From: Xanthobacteraceae bacterium
GTDB taxonomy: Bacteria > Pseudomonadota > Alphaproteobacteria > Rhizobiales > Xanthobacteraceae
DNA length: 59,115 nucleotides
Assembly (NCBI GenBank): GCA_035566615.1
Contig: DATMQV010000267.1
Coordinates: 1-59,115, forward strand
Reading direction: 5' to 3'
In this document: piece after piece, positions 1 through 10,532 of the stretch
Layout of the letters: every line of letters starts with the position of its first letter
How positions within the stretch are numbered: position 1 is the first letter of the stretch
Notes under the pieces: model-generated
Databases searched by the model: none
Told to the model about the DNA's origin: nothing
What the model saw: only the letters and a program-made list of their open reading frames with translations
Translations under genes and position numbers: made by a program

Positions 1-1080
1 AGCGGCGCGAAACGACGAATAGGGCCCCGGCTCGGGGCGAAACGCCGCGATCGTCGCGTTGCCGCCGGTCGTCGCCGCGCGCGTGCCTTCGCGCGCGAGC
101 GCCGCTTTGAGCGAATGCACCAGCAAGGCGCGTACAAGTCCGGCGTTGCGAAACCGCACCTCCGTCTTGGCTGGATGCACATTGACGTCGAGTTCGCGCG
201 GATCGAGCGCGACGAACAGCGCCACCAGCGGATGACGATCGCGCGGCAGATAGTCGGCATAGGCGGCGCGCACAGCGCCGAGAAGAAGCTTGTCGCGCAC
301 CGGACGGTCATTAACGAACAGATATTGGCCGAGCGCATTGGCGCGTGTGAGTGTCGGCAGCGCCGCAAAGCCCTCGACCTTCACGCCTTCGCGTTCGGCG
401 GCGACCTCGACCGCGTTGGCGCGGAAGTCGGCGCCGAGCACATCGCCAAGCCGCGTGAGACGGCCGGTGGCGCCGGGAAGCGTCGCCGCGAAGGTCGCGG
501 GCGCGCGCTCCTCGCCGGCGAGCGTGAAGGCGACATCCGGCCGGCTCATGGCGAGCCGGCGCACCACGTCGCGCACCGCCTCCGCCTCGGTGCGGTCGAG
601 CTTGAGGAACTTCAACCGCGCGGGTGTGGCGTAGAACAGGTCACGGACCTCGACCCGTGTCCCTTGCCCGAGCGCCGCGGGCTTTACGTCCGACTTCGCC
701 CCGGCATCCACCTCGATCGACCAGGCGTGCGGCTCGGATTTGTGCCGCGTGGCGATCGCCAGCCGTGCGACAGCGCCGATCGACGGCAACGCCTCGCCGC
801 GAAAGCCGAGTGTGCGGATCGACACGAGATCGTCGTCGGCCAACTTCGAGGTGGCATGCCGCTCTACCGCCAGTGCGAGATCGGCGGCCATCATGCCCTC
901 GCCGTCGTCGGCAACGCGGATGAGCCGCCGCCCGCCGCCATCGGTGAGCACGTCGATGCGGCTGGCGCCGGCATCGAGTGCGTTCTCGACCAGTTCCTTC
1001 ACCACGCTCGCCGGACGTTCCACCACTTCGCCGGCGGCGATGCGGTTGACAATCGTCTCGGGAAGTTGGCGGACCGGCAT
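1..1080 (-). CDS. mutL: DNA mismatch repair protein MutL, N-terminal ~360 codons (3' end lies outside the window)
   Basis: The reverse complement from 1080 reads MPVRQLPETIVNRIAAGEVVERPASVVKELVENALDAGA...GFRGEALPSI...NVHPAKTEVRF, the GHKL-ATPase half of MutL. The frame stays open to the window edge, which is probably why it is absent from the ORF track. Confidence 0.9.
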   Translation of the reverse strand, partial: MPVRQLPETIVNRIAAGEVVERPASVVKELVENALDAGASRIDVLTDGGGRRLIRVADDGEGMMAADLALAVERHATSKLADDDLVSIRTLGFRGEALPSIGAVARLAIATRHKSEPHAWSIEVDAGAKSDVKPAALGQGTRVEVRDLFYATPARLKFLKLDRTEAEAVRDVVRRLAMSRPDVAFTLAGEERAPATFAATLPGATGRLTRLGDVLGADFRANAVEVAAEREGVKVEGFAALPTLTRANALGQYLFVNDRPVRDKLLLGAVRAAYADYLPRDRHPLVALFVALDPRELDVNVHPAKTEVRFRNAGLVRALLVHSLKAALAREGTRAATTGGNATIAAFRPEPGPYSSFRAA

Positions 1081-1248
1081 GCGCGACTCGCTTAGGGGGC
1101 GGAGTCTAATGGCGCAGCCGTCCCTGTGGGAGAGGGTTTACTGCGAATGACGAGTAGCGAATGGTGGTGAAACAACCCCACCTATTCCCTGTTCGCTGCT
1201 CACTATTCGCCATAAAGAGCGCCGAGGCGCGGCGACCGCGCCAACCCC

Positions 1249-2435
1249 TCACTTCATCCAGCCGCGATGAACGTCGAAAATGCGCGCAGCTTCCGACACA
1301 TGCGGCAATTCGAATAAGCCGGGTTCGCTGAAAGCGCGCTTGGTGTCCTCGTAGCCCGCCTGCCAATGCTCCTCCATGGCAGTTCGGGAAAACTCGAACG
1401 TCTTGCCGGCCGTTTCAAACCCGTTCGCCTGGTATTTCAATTGAACGACGGTCGCGACCTTGACCCGCGCCTCTTCGGAGAGGAATTGCACATCCGGATC
1501 GTTCTGGCAGGTGGCGGGAAGCTCATTCAAAAATTTCGCCACCGCATGCCTGAACTTCTGCGTCTTTCGGTATTGCTCGAGCGTGATGTTGAGGCGGCTG
1601 GCGCTGTGGATTTCCAGCGCCCGCAAATTGGCCGATGGAATGTCGAGCGGCACTTCACCGTTGGCGTCCCATAGATCGACCTGAAAGACCAGCGCAGAGT
1701 AGCGCGGCCGGTCGTCGATCACGAATTGCATGGGCGAGTTCGAAACAACAGCGCCGTCCCAATAATATTCGCCGTCGATTTCGGTCGGCGGGAATCCGGG
1801 CGGGAGCGACGCGCTCGCCATAACGTGCGCGGCGCTCAGCGTCTCGCTCAGATTGTCGAAGTAGACGGGCGCGCCGGTGCGCACGTTCGTGGCGGCGACC
1901 GAGAAGCGCATCGGCTTTTCATTGATCAGATCAAAATCGACCAAGCGCGCGAGCGTCGCCTTCAGCGGCGCAGTGTCATAGTAGCTCACCAGATCGGGAC
2001 GTTCTGCCTCCGAGCTAAGTGGCGGAAACGGCCGCGGCGTGAAAAAGTCGGGAACACCATGAAACATCGTGGCAAACGCGCTTATCGGTTCGTCCAATAG
2101 CGCGCCTGGTCGTTGCCGTTCCATGGCAGCTCGGTAAACCACGGGATGTTCGGAATCCGGATCGGCGGCGCGGTGACGGCTTCCCAGAATTCGCGCAATC
2201 GTTCCACCCGCCGTTCAGGACGATTGCCGGCCAGCAGCGCGCCGTTGATGCCGCCGATCGAAGTGCCGCAGACCCACGTGACGTGGATATTCGCTTCGTG
2301 GATCGCCTGATAGACCCCGGCTTGGTATGCGCCTAACGCACCGCCACCTTGCAGCACGAGTACAACACGCTCGAACGGAAGAACACGCTGTACCCCTTGG
2401 ACCATATGTTCCAGCGCGGGTGCCTGGTTCATCAA
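1249..2435 (-). pseudogene. Patatin-like phospholipase interrupted by a one-base frame change (ORFs 2082..2435 and 1249..2142)
   Basis: The N-terminal ORF carries QGGGALGAYQAG (oxyanion GGGxxG) and GTSIGG (GxSxG). The C-terminal ORF, in another frame, carries WDGAVVSNSP (catalytic DGA). The two ORFs overlap at 2082-2142. Confidence 0.8.
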
Positions 2436-2719
2436 AGTCTCCTGTACTTTCAGCAGTTTGGCCGGACCGCTCGCGGTAGCACCGCCCTCGCTAAAGCGCG
2501 TATCGAAAACGCGCTAACCTGCCGTTTTCCACGGCTTGGGGCGCGTCCTGGCATTTCCCGTTGCGGAATTAGGGACCCGGAGTCCGGTGCGCAAGCGTTG
2601 AAACGAAACGAATATTTGATCCGTGCCCGGCAAAAGTGAGCCGCCGGTCGCAATTCATTCGCATTGTCGCGTAAGCCCTGAAGGCAACTGCTCGAGATTC
2701 GGGCGGAATCGGCAGTTGC

Positions 2720-3142
2720 TCATTCCAACGTCGGCTTGACTCGGCGCATTTGCTTAAGACCGGCGCGATGCTTCTTGGCTTCGACGCGGCGCCGGCGCGC
2801 AGCCTTGGTCGGCCGGGTAGGCCTGCGCACCTGCGGGGCAACCGCGGCACGGCGGATGAGATCGAGCAGACGCTCCAGCGCATCCTGGCGGTTGCGACCC
2901 TGGGTGCGGTGACGTTGCGCGTTGATGACCAAAAAGCCGTCGCGCGTGAGCCGGGACCCGGCCAACCGCTCAAGCCGACCGCGCACATCGTCAGGCAGCG
3001 ACGGCGAGGCGCGGACATTGAAGCGTAGCTGAACGGCGGTCGCGAGCTTGTTGACATTCTGCCCGCCTGGCCCCGACGCGCGCACGAAGCTTTCTTCAAC
3101 TTCGTGCTCGCCGATGCTGATCCCGGGCGTGACGCGAATCAT
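2720..3142 (-). CDS. arfB: Alternative ribosome-rescue factor ArfB (YaeJ-type peptidyl-tRNA hydrolase)
   Basis: The 140-aa product has a GGQ motif (ASGPGGQNVNK) and a basic C-terminal tail (RRPTRPTKAARRRRVEAKKHR), typical of ArfB. Confidence 0.85.
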   Translation of the reverse strand: MIRVTPGISIGEHEVEESFVRASGPGGQNVNKLATAVQLRFNVRASPSLPDDVRGRLERLAGSRLTRDGFLVINAQRHRTQGRNRQDALERLLDLIRRAAVAPQVRRPTRPTKAARRRRVEAKKHRAGLKQMRRVKPTLE

Positions 3143-3183
3143 AGCGTAGCGATCCTAACCCGGATCGCGGCCGGATCCGCTGC

Positions 3184-4536
3184 CTACTGCGTGCTGGTCG
3201 AAGCGATCCCCTCCGGCCGGCCGGCCACCGTCACCAACATACCGCTGTCCAGCATCCGCTTGGCGACGCGGCGCGCGTCTTCGAGCGTCACCCCGTTGAT
3301 CATCTCGGGGCGGCGGGTGAAGTAATCGATGCCGAGACCGTCGAGCTGCAACTGCACGAGAAGCGCCGCGATCTTGCTCGACGTATCAAGATTGAGCACG
3401 AACGAGCCGTTCAGATAGGCCTTGGCTTTGGCGAGTTCATCCGCGGTCGGCCCCTCATTGGCGAGCCGATGGATTTCCTTGTCGATCACATCGAGTGTTT
3501 CGCCCGCCCGGTCGGCGCGCGTCGCGGTGCCGCCGAGGAACAGCGCGCTGTGGTTGAGCCATACCAGGCTGTCATAGACCGAGTATGCGAGACCTCGCTT
3601 TTCCCGCACTTCTTGGTAAAGCCGCGAGGAAAAGGCGCCGCCGCCGAGGATGTGGTTAACGATGTAGGCGGCCATGAAATCCGGGTCCTTGCGCGCAATG
3701 CCGGGGCCGCCGAAGGCCACCACGGCCTGCGGAACGTCGACTTTGACGACGATGCGGCGTCCGAGACCCTGCGGTGAAACATTCGCAACCGGCTTCAGTT
3801 CGGGCTGCGCCGGCAATCCGCCGAAGACCCGGTCGAGCATCACCTTGACCGTCTCGGCGTCGATGTCACCGACCACGGCCACTTTCAGGTTTTCGCGTGC
3901 CAGAACCCGGTGCGTATAGTCTTTCAGATCCGCGATCGTCACCGTCGGCACCGATTCGAGCGTGCCGTTGACCGGGCGGCCATAGGGATGATCGGCAAAC
4001 GCCACCTGCCACCAGCGCAGATTGGCGATGTCGGTCGGGCTCGTGGTCGCCCGCCGCAGCATCGACAGCATCTGCGCGCGGATCACTTCGACATCCGATT
4101 GATCGAAACGCGGCTGCGTCACGGCAAGCCGCAAATATTCGAACGCCTCGTCCTTGTTCTCGGTCAGCGTCCGCAGCGTGCCGCGCAGCGTATCGCGCTC
4201 CGCCTGGAAGCCGAGCTCGATCGCCTTGCGCTCAAGGCGCGCGTGAAAGGTCTTGGCGTCGAGGTCGCCGGCGCCCTCGTCGAGCAGCGAAGCGACCAGG
4301 CTCGCCGTCCCGCCCTTGCCGGGAGCATCCTGCGCGGCCCCGCCGACAAAGGCGAAGTCAATGGCGATCATCGGCACGGCCGGCTCGTGAACGAGCCAGG
4401 CTTCGATGCCGCCCGGGCTGACGACGCGCTCGATTGTGGTGGCAAGCGCGGGCGCGGCAAGCAGCGGAAGCGCCAACAACGCGACAACAGCGCGGCGCAC
4501 GATCGAACGAGGAAGGGCCGGCGCCATCATGCTCAC
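3184..4536 (-). CDS. M16-family peptidase, non-catalytic partner subunit (no HxxEH)
   Basis: The 450-aa product has a signal peptide and pitrilysin-fold similarity but lacks the HxxEH zinc motif. Its GTG start (4534-4536) overlaps the upstream gene's stop (GTGA); an ATG alternative lies at 4530. Confidence 0.8.
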   Translation of the reverse strand: MSMMAPALPRSIVRRAVVALLALPLLAAPALATTIERVVSPGGIEAWLVHEPAVPMIAIDFAFVGGAAQDAPGKGGTASLVASLLDEGAGDLDAKTFHARLERKAIELGFQAERDTLRGTLRTLTENKDEAFEYLRLAVTQPRFDQSDVEVIRAQMLSMLRRATTSPTDIANLRWWQVAFADHPYGRPVNGTLESVPTVTIADLKDYTHRVLARENLKVAVVGDIDAETVKVMLDRVFGGLPAQPELKPVANVSPQGLGRRIVVKVDVPQAVVAFGGPGIARKDPDFMAAYIVNHILGGGAFSSRLYQEVREKRGLAYSVYDSLVWLNHSALFLGGTATRADRAGETLDVIDKEIHRLANEGPTADELAKAKAYLNGSFVLNLDTSSKIAALLVQLQLDGLGIDYFTRRPEMINGVTLEDARRVAKRMLDSGMLVTVAGRPEGIASTSTQ

Positions 4537-5930
4537 GTGTGTTTCTCCTCATCGTGAAGGCTGTTGACCAGATATCCGGTGACCGAGGCTTTGCGGTTGA
4601 GCCATTTGCGCGCTGCATCGCGCACCTCCTCGGCCGTCACCGCTCGGATCGACTCAGGCCATTCGCGGACCATGTCGACGGTCTCGCCGGTCGCGAGCGC
4701 CGCGCCGTACCAGCGCGCAAGCGTCGCCTGATTGTCCTGCGCATAGACCGCGTCGGCGATCATCCTGTTCTTGGCGAGATCGAGTTCTTCGGCGGTGACG
4801 CCGTGCTCGACGACATCGCTCAACACGCCGTCGATGGCCGCTTCCACGTCATGCAGATTCTTGCCCGGCTTCGGCGAGCCGAAGACGCCGAGCTTGCCGT
4901 AATCGAGAGCGGTACTCGAATAATAGGCGCCGGCATTCAACGCGACGCCTTTGTCGAGCACGAGCGAGCGATAGAGCCGGCTGTTCGAGCCGCTGCCGAG
5001 CACGTGCGCCAACACTTCAAGCGCCTCGCTCTCGCCCGGCTTCGCCGTCGTTCGCGAGGGCGCAAGATAGTAACGATTGATGCTTGGCTGCTCGACTTGC
5101 GGGTCGGCCAGCGTCACCGTGCGCGGCGCCTCCTGCGGCGGTTCCTGCGGCCGACGCCGCGGCGCGGCATCGGCGCGCACCGGCACCCTGCCGTAGGTGG
5201 CTTCCGCGGCCGCTTTCACTTCCTCGGCGGTGACGTCGCCGGCGATCACCACGATCGCGTTGTTCGGCGAGTAAAAGCGCCGGTAGAAGGCAAGCGCATC
5301 GTCGCGATCGAGCTTCTCGATCTCAGGCCGCCAGCCGATCGTCGGCCGGCCGTAGGGATGATTGAGATAAAGCGCCGCATCCATCTGCTCGGCCAGGCGG
5401 CTGTTCGGATTGTTGGCGATCCGCATGTTTTGTTCTTCAAGCACGACGTTGAGCTCGGGCCGCACGACATCGTCCTTCAGGACGAGACCGGTAATGCGGT
5501 CAGCCTCGAACGCCATCATTTCCTGAAGATGCTCGCGCGGAACGCGCTGGAAGAAGCCGGTATAGTCGCTCGCGGTGAACGCGTTCTCCTGCCCGCCGAT
5601 CGCGGCCACGGCTTGCGAGAAGCGATTGCCCGGATTTTGCACGGTGCCTTTGAACATCAAGTGCTCAAGGAAATGCGCAAGACCCGACTTGCCGGCCGTT
5701 TCGTCGGCGGCGCCGACCTTATACCAGATCATGTGCGTAACGACCGGAGCGCGATGATCCGGCACCACAACGACTTCGAGCCCGTTGGCCAACGTGAAGT
5801 GCGCAACGCTAGCATCGGTGGCCGCTCCCGCCGGCGGCGCGAACGCCGCCAACAAGCCGAGCACAAGCAAAATAGTCCTGGTCACGTCTTTTAAGTCTCC
5901 TAGTTCTCCGGAGAAGTTCCGACGCCCCAC
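4533..5930 (-). CDS. M16-family zinc metallopeptidase (catalytic subunit)
   Basis: It carries the HxxEH motif in GLAHFLEHLMFKG. The likely true start is the GTG at 5885 (MTRTILLVLGLLAAF signal peptide, preceded by AGGAGA) rather than 5930. Confidence 0.85.
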   Translation of the reverse strand: MGRRNFSGELGDLKDVTRTILLVLGLLAAFAPPAGAATDASVAHFTLANGLEVVVVPDHRAPVVTHMIWYKVGAADETAGKSGLAHFLEHLMFKGTVQNPGNRFSQAVAAIGGQENAFTASDYTGFFQRVPREHLQEMMAFEADRITGLVLKDDVVRPELNVVLEEQNMRIANNPNSRLAEQMDAALYLNHPYGRPTIGWRPEIEKLDRDDALAFYRRFYSPNNAIVVIAGDVTAEEVKAAAEATYGRVPVRADAAPRRRPQEPPQEAPRTVTLADPQVEQPSINRYYLAPSRTTAKPGESEALEVLAHVLGSGSNSRLYRSLVLDKGVALNAGAYYSSTALDYGKLGVFGSPKPGKNLHDVEAAIDGVLSDVVEHGVTAEELDLAKNRMIADAVYAQDNQATLARWYGAALATGETVDMVREWPESIRAVTAEEVRDAARKWLNRKASVTGYLVNSLHDEEKHT

Positions 5931-6015
5931 TACGTCGATTACATCAAAGGCGCATGCTACGTCTTTGAGCGCCGTCGGTTCAGGTTAATCGCACGGCGCA
6001 CGATCCTTTTTGTTG

Positions 6016-6089
6016 GCGCATGATCTGTTCGGAACCCGGTTCCCACCCTGGCTCAAGTCCGGGGCAGGCTTTTTCCGGAATCATGCTTC
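6016..6089 (-). repeat. Inverted, expanded copy of the GAGCATGATC-type palindromic intergenic element
   Basis: The reverse complement reads gaagcatgattccggaaaaag[cctgccccggacttgagccaggg]tgggaaccgggttccgaacagatcatgcgc. This has the same termini and inner arms as the copies at 16781, 32599, 45506 and 46963, with a 23-nt loop insertion. Confidence 0.6.
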
Positions 6090-6171
6090 CGCATTCATCG
6101 CTATCGTTTGCCGTTTTGGCGTGGCCGCCGCCCTCGAAGTCGCGAAGATCTCGTGCGCCAAACCGTGCGCC

Positions 6172-6789
6172 TCACCTGCCCGGCTGGCCCGACGATTGGC
6201 CCCCAACCCCGGTCAATCCGCGATCCTGGGCAGTCGCTTTGACCCCCTTCTTGTCTGGACTGATGCCGTATGGTTGATCCGGAGACGGAATGCGGTAGCC
6301 GGCCGGCGGCTCGGTCAGGTCTCCGCGCACGGGTTCGCCGCCAAAACTTGCGTATTCTTCCTTCGAGAACCAGCCCGCCGGATTGTACCAAGGCTTTTTC
6401 TGGAACGGAGGATTGGGGGTCTGCACCGCGGTCGACGGAACAACCTCGGTCTTCGGTCTGGTATGTTTGATCGTCTTGGCGGAACCCTTCGGCCATTCGG
6501 CGGTCGGCGCCGGCTGGTCCGACGGCGGCGGGAGGTCGCGGCTTGGCGGCACCACAAGCGGCGGCCGCTCCGTGTAGTTGATTTCCGCGTTAGGATCGGG
6601 CGCGCTGCGAAGCCCAACCGATCTCAGCACCCTGTTCCAAACACCCTCGTTCTCGGCGGTCTGAGCGCCGGCGGCGGTGACGTTGAAAACGAGGAAAAGG
6701 CCGAGCGAGGCGGCGGCAAATCCATGCAGCGCGGCGCGTGCACACAGCCGATGGCCGCTCAGGCGGCCGTCATTTCGATCCTGTGGCAT
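6172..6789 (-). CDS. Proline-rich secreted hypothetical protein
   Basis: The 205-aa ORF has an N-terminal hydrophobic signal-like segment (AAASLGLFLVFNVTAAGAQT) and a Pro-rich body. I recognise no catalytic motifs, and the family assignment is uncertain. Confidence 0.5.
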   Translation of the reverse strand: MPQDRNDGRLSGHRLCARAALHGFAAASLGLFLVFNVTAAGAQTAENEGVWNRVLRSVGLRSAPDPNAEINYTERPPLVVPPSRDLPPPSDQPAPTAEWPKGSAKTIKHTRPKTEVVPSTAVQTPNPPFQKKPWYNPAGWFSKEEYASFGGEPVRGDLTEPPAGYRIPSPDQPYGISPDKKGVKATAQDRGLTGVGGQSSGQPGR

Positions 6790-6838
6790 ACTCTCACCCG
6801 AAAGTGCCGGTGCGGCACTCCCCAGAACGTATCCCCTT

Positions 6839-7387
6839 TTATCCCTGATCGGGGCGCTTTTGCGGCGACCCCATCCTGAACGAATCGTACAGGAGGGCGG
6901 CTACCCCAGCAACAATCGCTACATCGGCAAGGTTAAACACATACCAGCGGAAGTTCCAGCTTCCTGTTTCCACGTGGAAAAGCACGAAATCCATGACTCC
7001 CGGCCAGTGCAGCCGGTCGATGGCGTTGCCGACCGCCCCGCCGATGATCAGGCCGAGCGCAACTGCCGTGAGGCGCGACGACGCACGCGCAAGCCACGCC
7101 CAGAGGGCGATCACCACCGCCGCCTTGAACGCCAATAGCGCCCAAGCGCCCAGGAGCTCACGCTGCTGGAACAGCCCGTAGCTGATCCCGGAATTCCAGG
7201 TCACGACCAGATCAACGAATGGCGCTATCGCCACCGGCACCCGGCTTTCGAGATCGAACCCGTACAACAGCCAGAGCTTCGATACCTGGTCGACGACCCC
7301 GGCGAGCAAGGCGATCGTCAGCCCGAGCGGGGTCAGCGGTCCCCAGACATAGGATTGCTGCCCGCCCGTTTCCGCTACCTCGGCCAT
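6839..7387 (-). CDS. lspA: Lipoprotein signal peptidase II
   Basis: The real start is the ATG at 7387 (MAEVAETGGQQSYVWGPL...), 7 nt downstream of the ileS stop. The product is a four-TM protein with NSGISYG and FNLADVAI motifs. The track ORF (to 7600) over-extends into ileS. Confidence 0.85.
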   Translation of the reverse strand: MAEVAETGGQQSYVWGPLTPLGLTIALLAGVVDQVSKLWLLYGFDLESRVPVAIAPFVDLVVTWNSGISYGLFQQRELLGAWALLAFKAAVVIALWAWLARASSRLTAVALGLIIGGAVGNAIDRLHWPGVMDFVLFHVETGSWNFRWYVFNLADVAIVAGVAALLYDSFRMGSPQKRPDQG

Positions 7388-7394
7388 ATGGTCC

Positions 7395-10300
7395 CTATTC
7401 GGCCGCCTTGCGCATGGCATCCCATTCGCGCAGCGCCTGAGCGTCACGCGGCGTGACGTCCGGATATTGCGGGTCGCTGCCGACGGCGGACGAAATCTTC
7501 CAGGAGCGGGCGCATTTGCTCCCCTGCGCCAGCCGCGGCTCGACCGCGACCGAAGCGACATCGTCCAACCGGAAGGCCGACTCGGGACCCTCGCCTTCAA
7601 TCAGCGTGGCATCCGAGGTGATGCACAATTCCGCGAGATCGGCGTCGGCTGCGATCCCGAACAGGCCGGCATCCGCGACGTAGATGATCGGCGCGGCTTC
7701 CAGCGAAGAGCCGATGCGTTTTCCGGCCCGCTCGAGTTCGAGCGCGCCGGTGACGACGCGGCGGAGGTTGCGCAGCTTGCGCCATTTCTCCGCCAGCGCA
7801 TCGTCGCGCCAGCTTTCCGGCACGATCGGAAAGCTTTCCAGATGAACGGAGGTGGCGTTGGGTTCGCGCGCAAGCCAAGCCTCCTCGGCGGTAAAGCAGA
7901 GGATCGGCGCAAGCCAAGTTACCGTGCAGCGGAACAAATGATCGAGCACGTTGAGACAGGCTTTGCGCTTGAGCGATGAATAAGGATCGCAATAAAGCGT
8001 GTCCTTGCGGATGTCGAAATAGAACGCCGAAAGATCGGCCGTCAGGAAGGCGTTGAGCGCAGCAAAGATGCGCTTGTAGTCGAAGTCCTTATAACCTGTG
8101 CGAACGAGCCCATCGAGCTCGCTCAGCCGATGCAGCATGAGACGCTCGAGCTCGGGCATCTCCTCGAAGGCAACATGATCGGCGGCCTCGAAATACGCGA
8201 GATTGCCGAGCATCCACTTCAGCGTATTGCGCAGCCTGCGATAAGTGTCAGTCGTGCTTTTGAGGATTTCCGGACCGATGCGCTGATCGTCCCAATAGTC
8301 GACGGCGCAGGTCCATACCCGCAGGATGTCGGCGCCCGATTGATCGATGACATCCTGCGGCGCGACCACATTGCCCAGCGACTTCGACATCTTCCGCCCG
8401 TTTTCGTCGAGCGTAAAACCGTGCGTGACGACGATGTCGAACGGCGCACGCCCACGCGTCCCGCACGACTCAAGCAGCGACGATTGAAACCAGCCGCGGT
8501 GCTGGTCGGAGCCCTCGAGATACACCACCGTCTCGTCACCGCCGTCGGCTTTGCGCTTGATGTGCGCCAACGCGGGAAAGTGCGCGGTGTCCTCGAGCAC
8601 GAAAGCGTGCGTCGAGCCGGAATCGAACCAGACATCGAGAATGTCGTCGACCTTCTGCCAGCCTTCGTTGCCACGCTTGCCGAGAAACCGCTCGCGCGCG
8701 CCCGGCGCGTACCAGGCGTCGGCGCCCTCTTCTTCGAAGGCGTCGATGATCCGCATATTCACTTCCGGATCGTTGAGCATCTCGACCGAGCCGTCGGCGC
8801 TCTCCTTGATGAAGACGGTGATTGGCACGCCCCAGGCACGCTGACGCGAGATCACCCAATCGGGACGGTTGTTGACCATGGCGCCGATGCGTTGCTGCCC
8901 CTGCGGCGGCACCCAGCGCGTCGCCGCGATCGCGTCATTGGCAAGCTCACGCAAGGTACGACCGTGCCTGCTCGTGCTGCTCAAAAGCCCGATGGGCTTG
9001 TCCATGGCGATGAACCATTGCGGCGTGTTGCGGAAGATGACCGGCTTCTTTGAACGCCATGAATGCGGATACTGGTGCTTGAGCCGGCCGCGCGCGATCA
9101 GCATGCCGGCCTCGACCAGCGCCTTGATCACCGCTTCATTGGCGTCGCCCTTTTCGCCCTTGTCGTTCAGCACGCGCCTGCCGGCGAAGCCGGGCGCCTG
9201 CTCGGTGAAACGGCCATCGGCATCGACCGTATAGGGAATGGCCGTGTTGATACCGCGCGCGGCAAGCTCGCGCGCATTGGCGGTCCAAACATCGAAGTCC
9301 TCGCGCCCGTGTCCAGGAGCGGTATGCACGAAGCCGGTGCCCGTATCTTCGGTGACATGATCGCCGGCAAGGAGCGGGACTTTAAAATCGTAGCCCTTGT
9401 TGAATCGGCCGAGCGGATGCTCACAAACAAGCTGCGCGAGTTGCTCGGACGAGACCGGCTTAAGCTTCTTGAACGCGGTGACACGCGCCTGGCGAAAGAC
9501 GTCTATCGCCAGCTTATCGGCCAACACGAACCGGTCGCCCTGCTTGGCCCAATTGTCCGATGGCGCATCGACGACCTCATAGAGCCCGTACTCGATCTTA
9601 GGTGAGTAGCTGATCGCCCGGTTGCCGGGGATGGTCCACGGCGTTGTCGTCCAGATCACAACCGATGCGGAAGCGACTTCCCGATTCTCTTTGGACGTTT
9701 CCGCAACGGAACGAGCCACCGGAAACTTCACCCACGCGGTGTCCGATGTGTAGTCCTCGTACTCGACCTCGGCCTCGGCGAGCGCGGTCTTCTCCACCAC
9801 CGACCACATCACCGGCTTGGAGCCGCGATAGAGCGTGCCATTCGCCGCGAACTTCATCAGCTCGCGTGCGATCTGCGCCTCGGCGAAATAATCCATCGTC
9901 GTGTAGGGATGCGCCCAGTCGCCGACTACGCCGAGCCGCTCGAATTCGTCGCGCTGCACCTCGATCCAGTGCTCGGCGAAGGCGCGGCACTCCTTGCGGA
10001 ATTCCACCAAAGCGGCCGGATTGGACAGATCCGGCTTCGCCTTGCCTTTGGCGCGATAATTCTCCTCCTCGATCTTCCATTCGATCGGCAGGCCGTGACA
10101 GTCCCAGCCCGGCACGTAATTGGAGTCGAAGCCGAGCATCTGGTGGCTCTTGGTCACCACGTCCTTGAGGATCTTGTTCAGCGCATGCCCGATATGGATG
10201 TTGCCGTTGGCATAGGGCGGCCCGTCGTGGAGGATGAAGCGGGGACGACCTTTGGCGGCCGCCCGCAACCGCCCGTAAAGATCGAGCTTCCGCCAGCGCT

Positions 10301-10409
10301 TAAGGATTTCCGGCTCCTTTTGCGGCAGGCCGGCGCGCATCGGAAAGTCGGTTTTCGGCAGAAACAGCGTTTCGCTGTAATCGCGCGTCTTTTCGGACTT
10401 CTCATTCAT
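7395..10409 (-). CDS. ileS: Isoleucyl-tRNA synthetase
   Basis: It starts at the ATG at 10409 ([28 protein letters not shown]...). It has the HIGH motif ([14 protein letters not shown]) and the KMSKS motif ([10 protein letters not shown]), about 1004 aa in total. The track ORF continues spuriously to 11594. Confidence 0.95.
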   Translation of the reverse strand: MNEKSEKTRDYSETLFLPKTDFPMRAGLPQKEPEILKRWRKLDLYGRLRAAAKGRPRFILHDGPPYANGNIHIGHALNKILKDVVTKSHQMLGFDSNYVPGWDCHGLPIEWKIEEENYRAKGKAKPDLSNPAALVEFRKECRAFAEHWIEVQRDEFERLGVVGDWAHPYTTMDYFAEAQIARELMKFAANGTLYRGSKPVMWSVVEKTALAEAEVEYEDYTSDTAWVKFPVARSVAETSKENREVASASVVIWTTTPWTIPGNRAISYSPKIEYGLYEVVDAPSDNWAKQGDRFVLADKLAIDVFRQARVTAFKKLKPVSSEQLAQLVCEHPLGRFNKGYDFKVPLLAGDHVTEDTGTGFVHTAPGHGREDFDVWTANARELAARGINTAIPYTVDADGRFTEQAPGFAGRRVLNDKGEKGDANEAVIKALVEAGMLIARGRLKHQYPHSWRSKKPVIFRNTPQWFIAMDKPIGLLSSTSRHGRTLRELANDAIAATRWVPPQGQQRIGAMVNNRPDWVISRQRAWGVPITVFIKESADGSVEMLNDPEVNMRIIDAFEEEGADAWYAPGARERFLGKRGNEGWQKVDDILDVWFDSGSTHAFVLEDTAHFPALAHIKRKADGGDETVVYLEGSDQHRGWFQSSLLESCGTRGRAPFDIVVTHGFTLDENGRKMSKSLGNVVAPQDVIDQSGADILRVWTCAVDYWDDQRIGPEILKSTTDTYRRLRNTLKWMLGNLAYFEAADHVAFEEMPELERLMLHRLSELDGLVRTGYKDFDYKRIFAALNAFLTADLSAFYFDIRKDTLYCDPYSSLKRKACLNVLDHLFRCTVTWLAPILCFTAEEAWLAREPNATSVHLESFPIVPESWRDDALAEKWRKLRNLRRVVTGALELERAGKRIGSSLEAAPIIYVADAGLFGIAADADLAELCITSDATLIEGEGPESAFRLDDVASVAVEPRLAQGSKCARSWKISSAVGSDPQYPDVTPRDAQALREWDAMRKAAE

Positions 10410-10532
10410 GGCGCGCCTTCTAACAAGCCGGTGGCGCGGCGCAAAGGCCAGAACGCGCCGGCTGCCTCGCTGCGGGAACCTGTCCCCCGCTTTCGCGTTA
10501 ATGAACGCCGCAACGGGGCTCGGGCGAGGACC

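Noticed and set aside
115-1095. A 326-aa plus-strand ORF and other overlapping ORFs at the left edge.
   Set aside because: They are antisense to a clear mutL reading frame. The Arg/Ala-rich composition is typical of high-GC shadow ORFs.
1249-2435. The patatin-like lipase as an effector of a CBASS-like or other defence system.
   Set aside because: There is no cyclase, sensor, NTPase or other defence-type partner nearby. Its neighbours are mutL and arfB, so it looks like a solitary housekeeping lipase.
2436-2719. A 284-nt spacer between the patatin gene and arfB, examined for an ncRNA (SRP, 6S, riboswitch).
   Set aside because: It contains only short hairpins (for example AGCGCGT/ACGCGCT and GCAACTGC/GCAGTTGC) and no conserved RNA signature that I recognise. 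It is probably a 5'UTR or promoter region.
4434-5894. A 486-aa plus-strand ORF. Similar long ORFs lie at 8130-9053, 21659-22756, 36069-36890, 37517-38623, 43382-44866, 47584-48459, 50360-51226, 51189-52112 and 52301-53158.
   Set aside because: Each lies antisense to, or out of frame with, a gene that has strong family motifs. All have R/A/G/D-rich low-information composition.
7388-7600. A 5' extension of the lspA ORF that overlaps ileS.
   Set aside because: The extension is Arg-rich nonsense inside the ileS C-terminus. The ATG at 7387 gives a normal LspA N-terminus 7 nt after the ileS stop.
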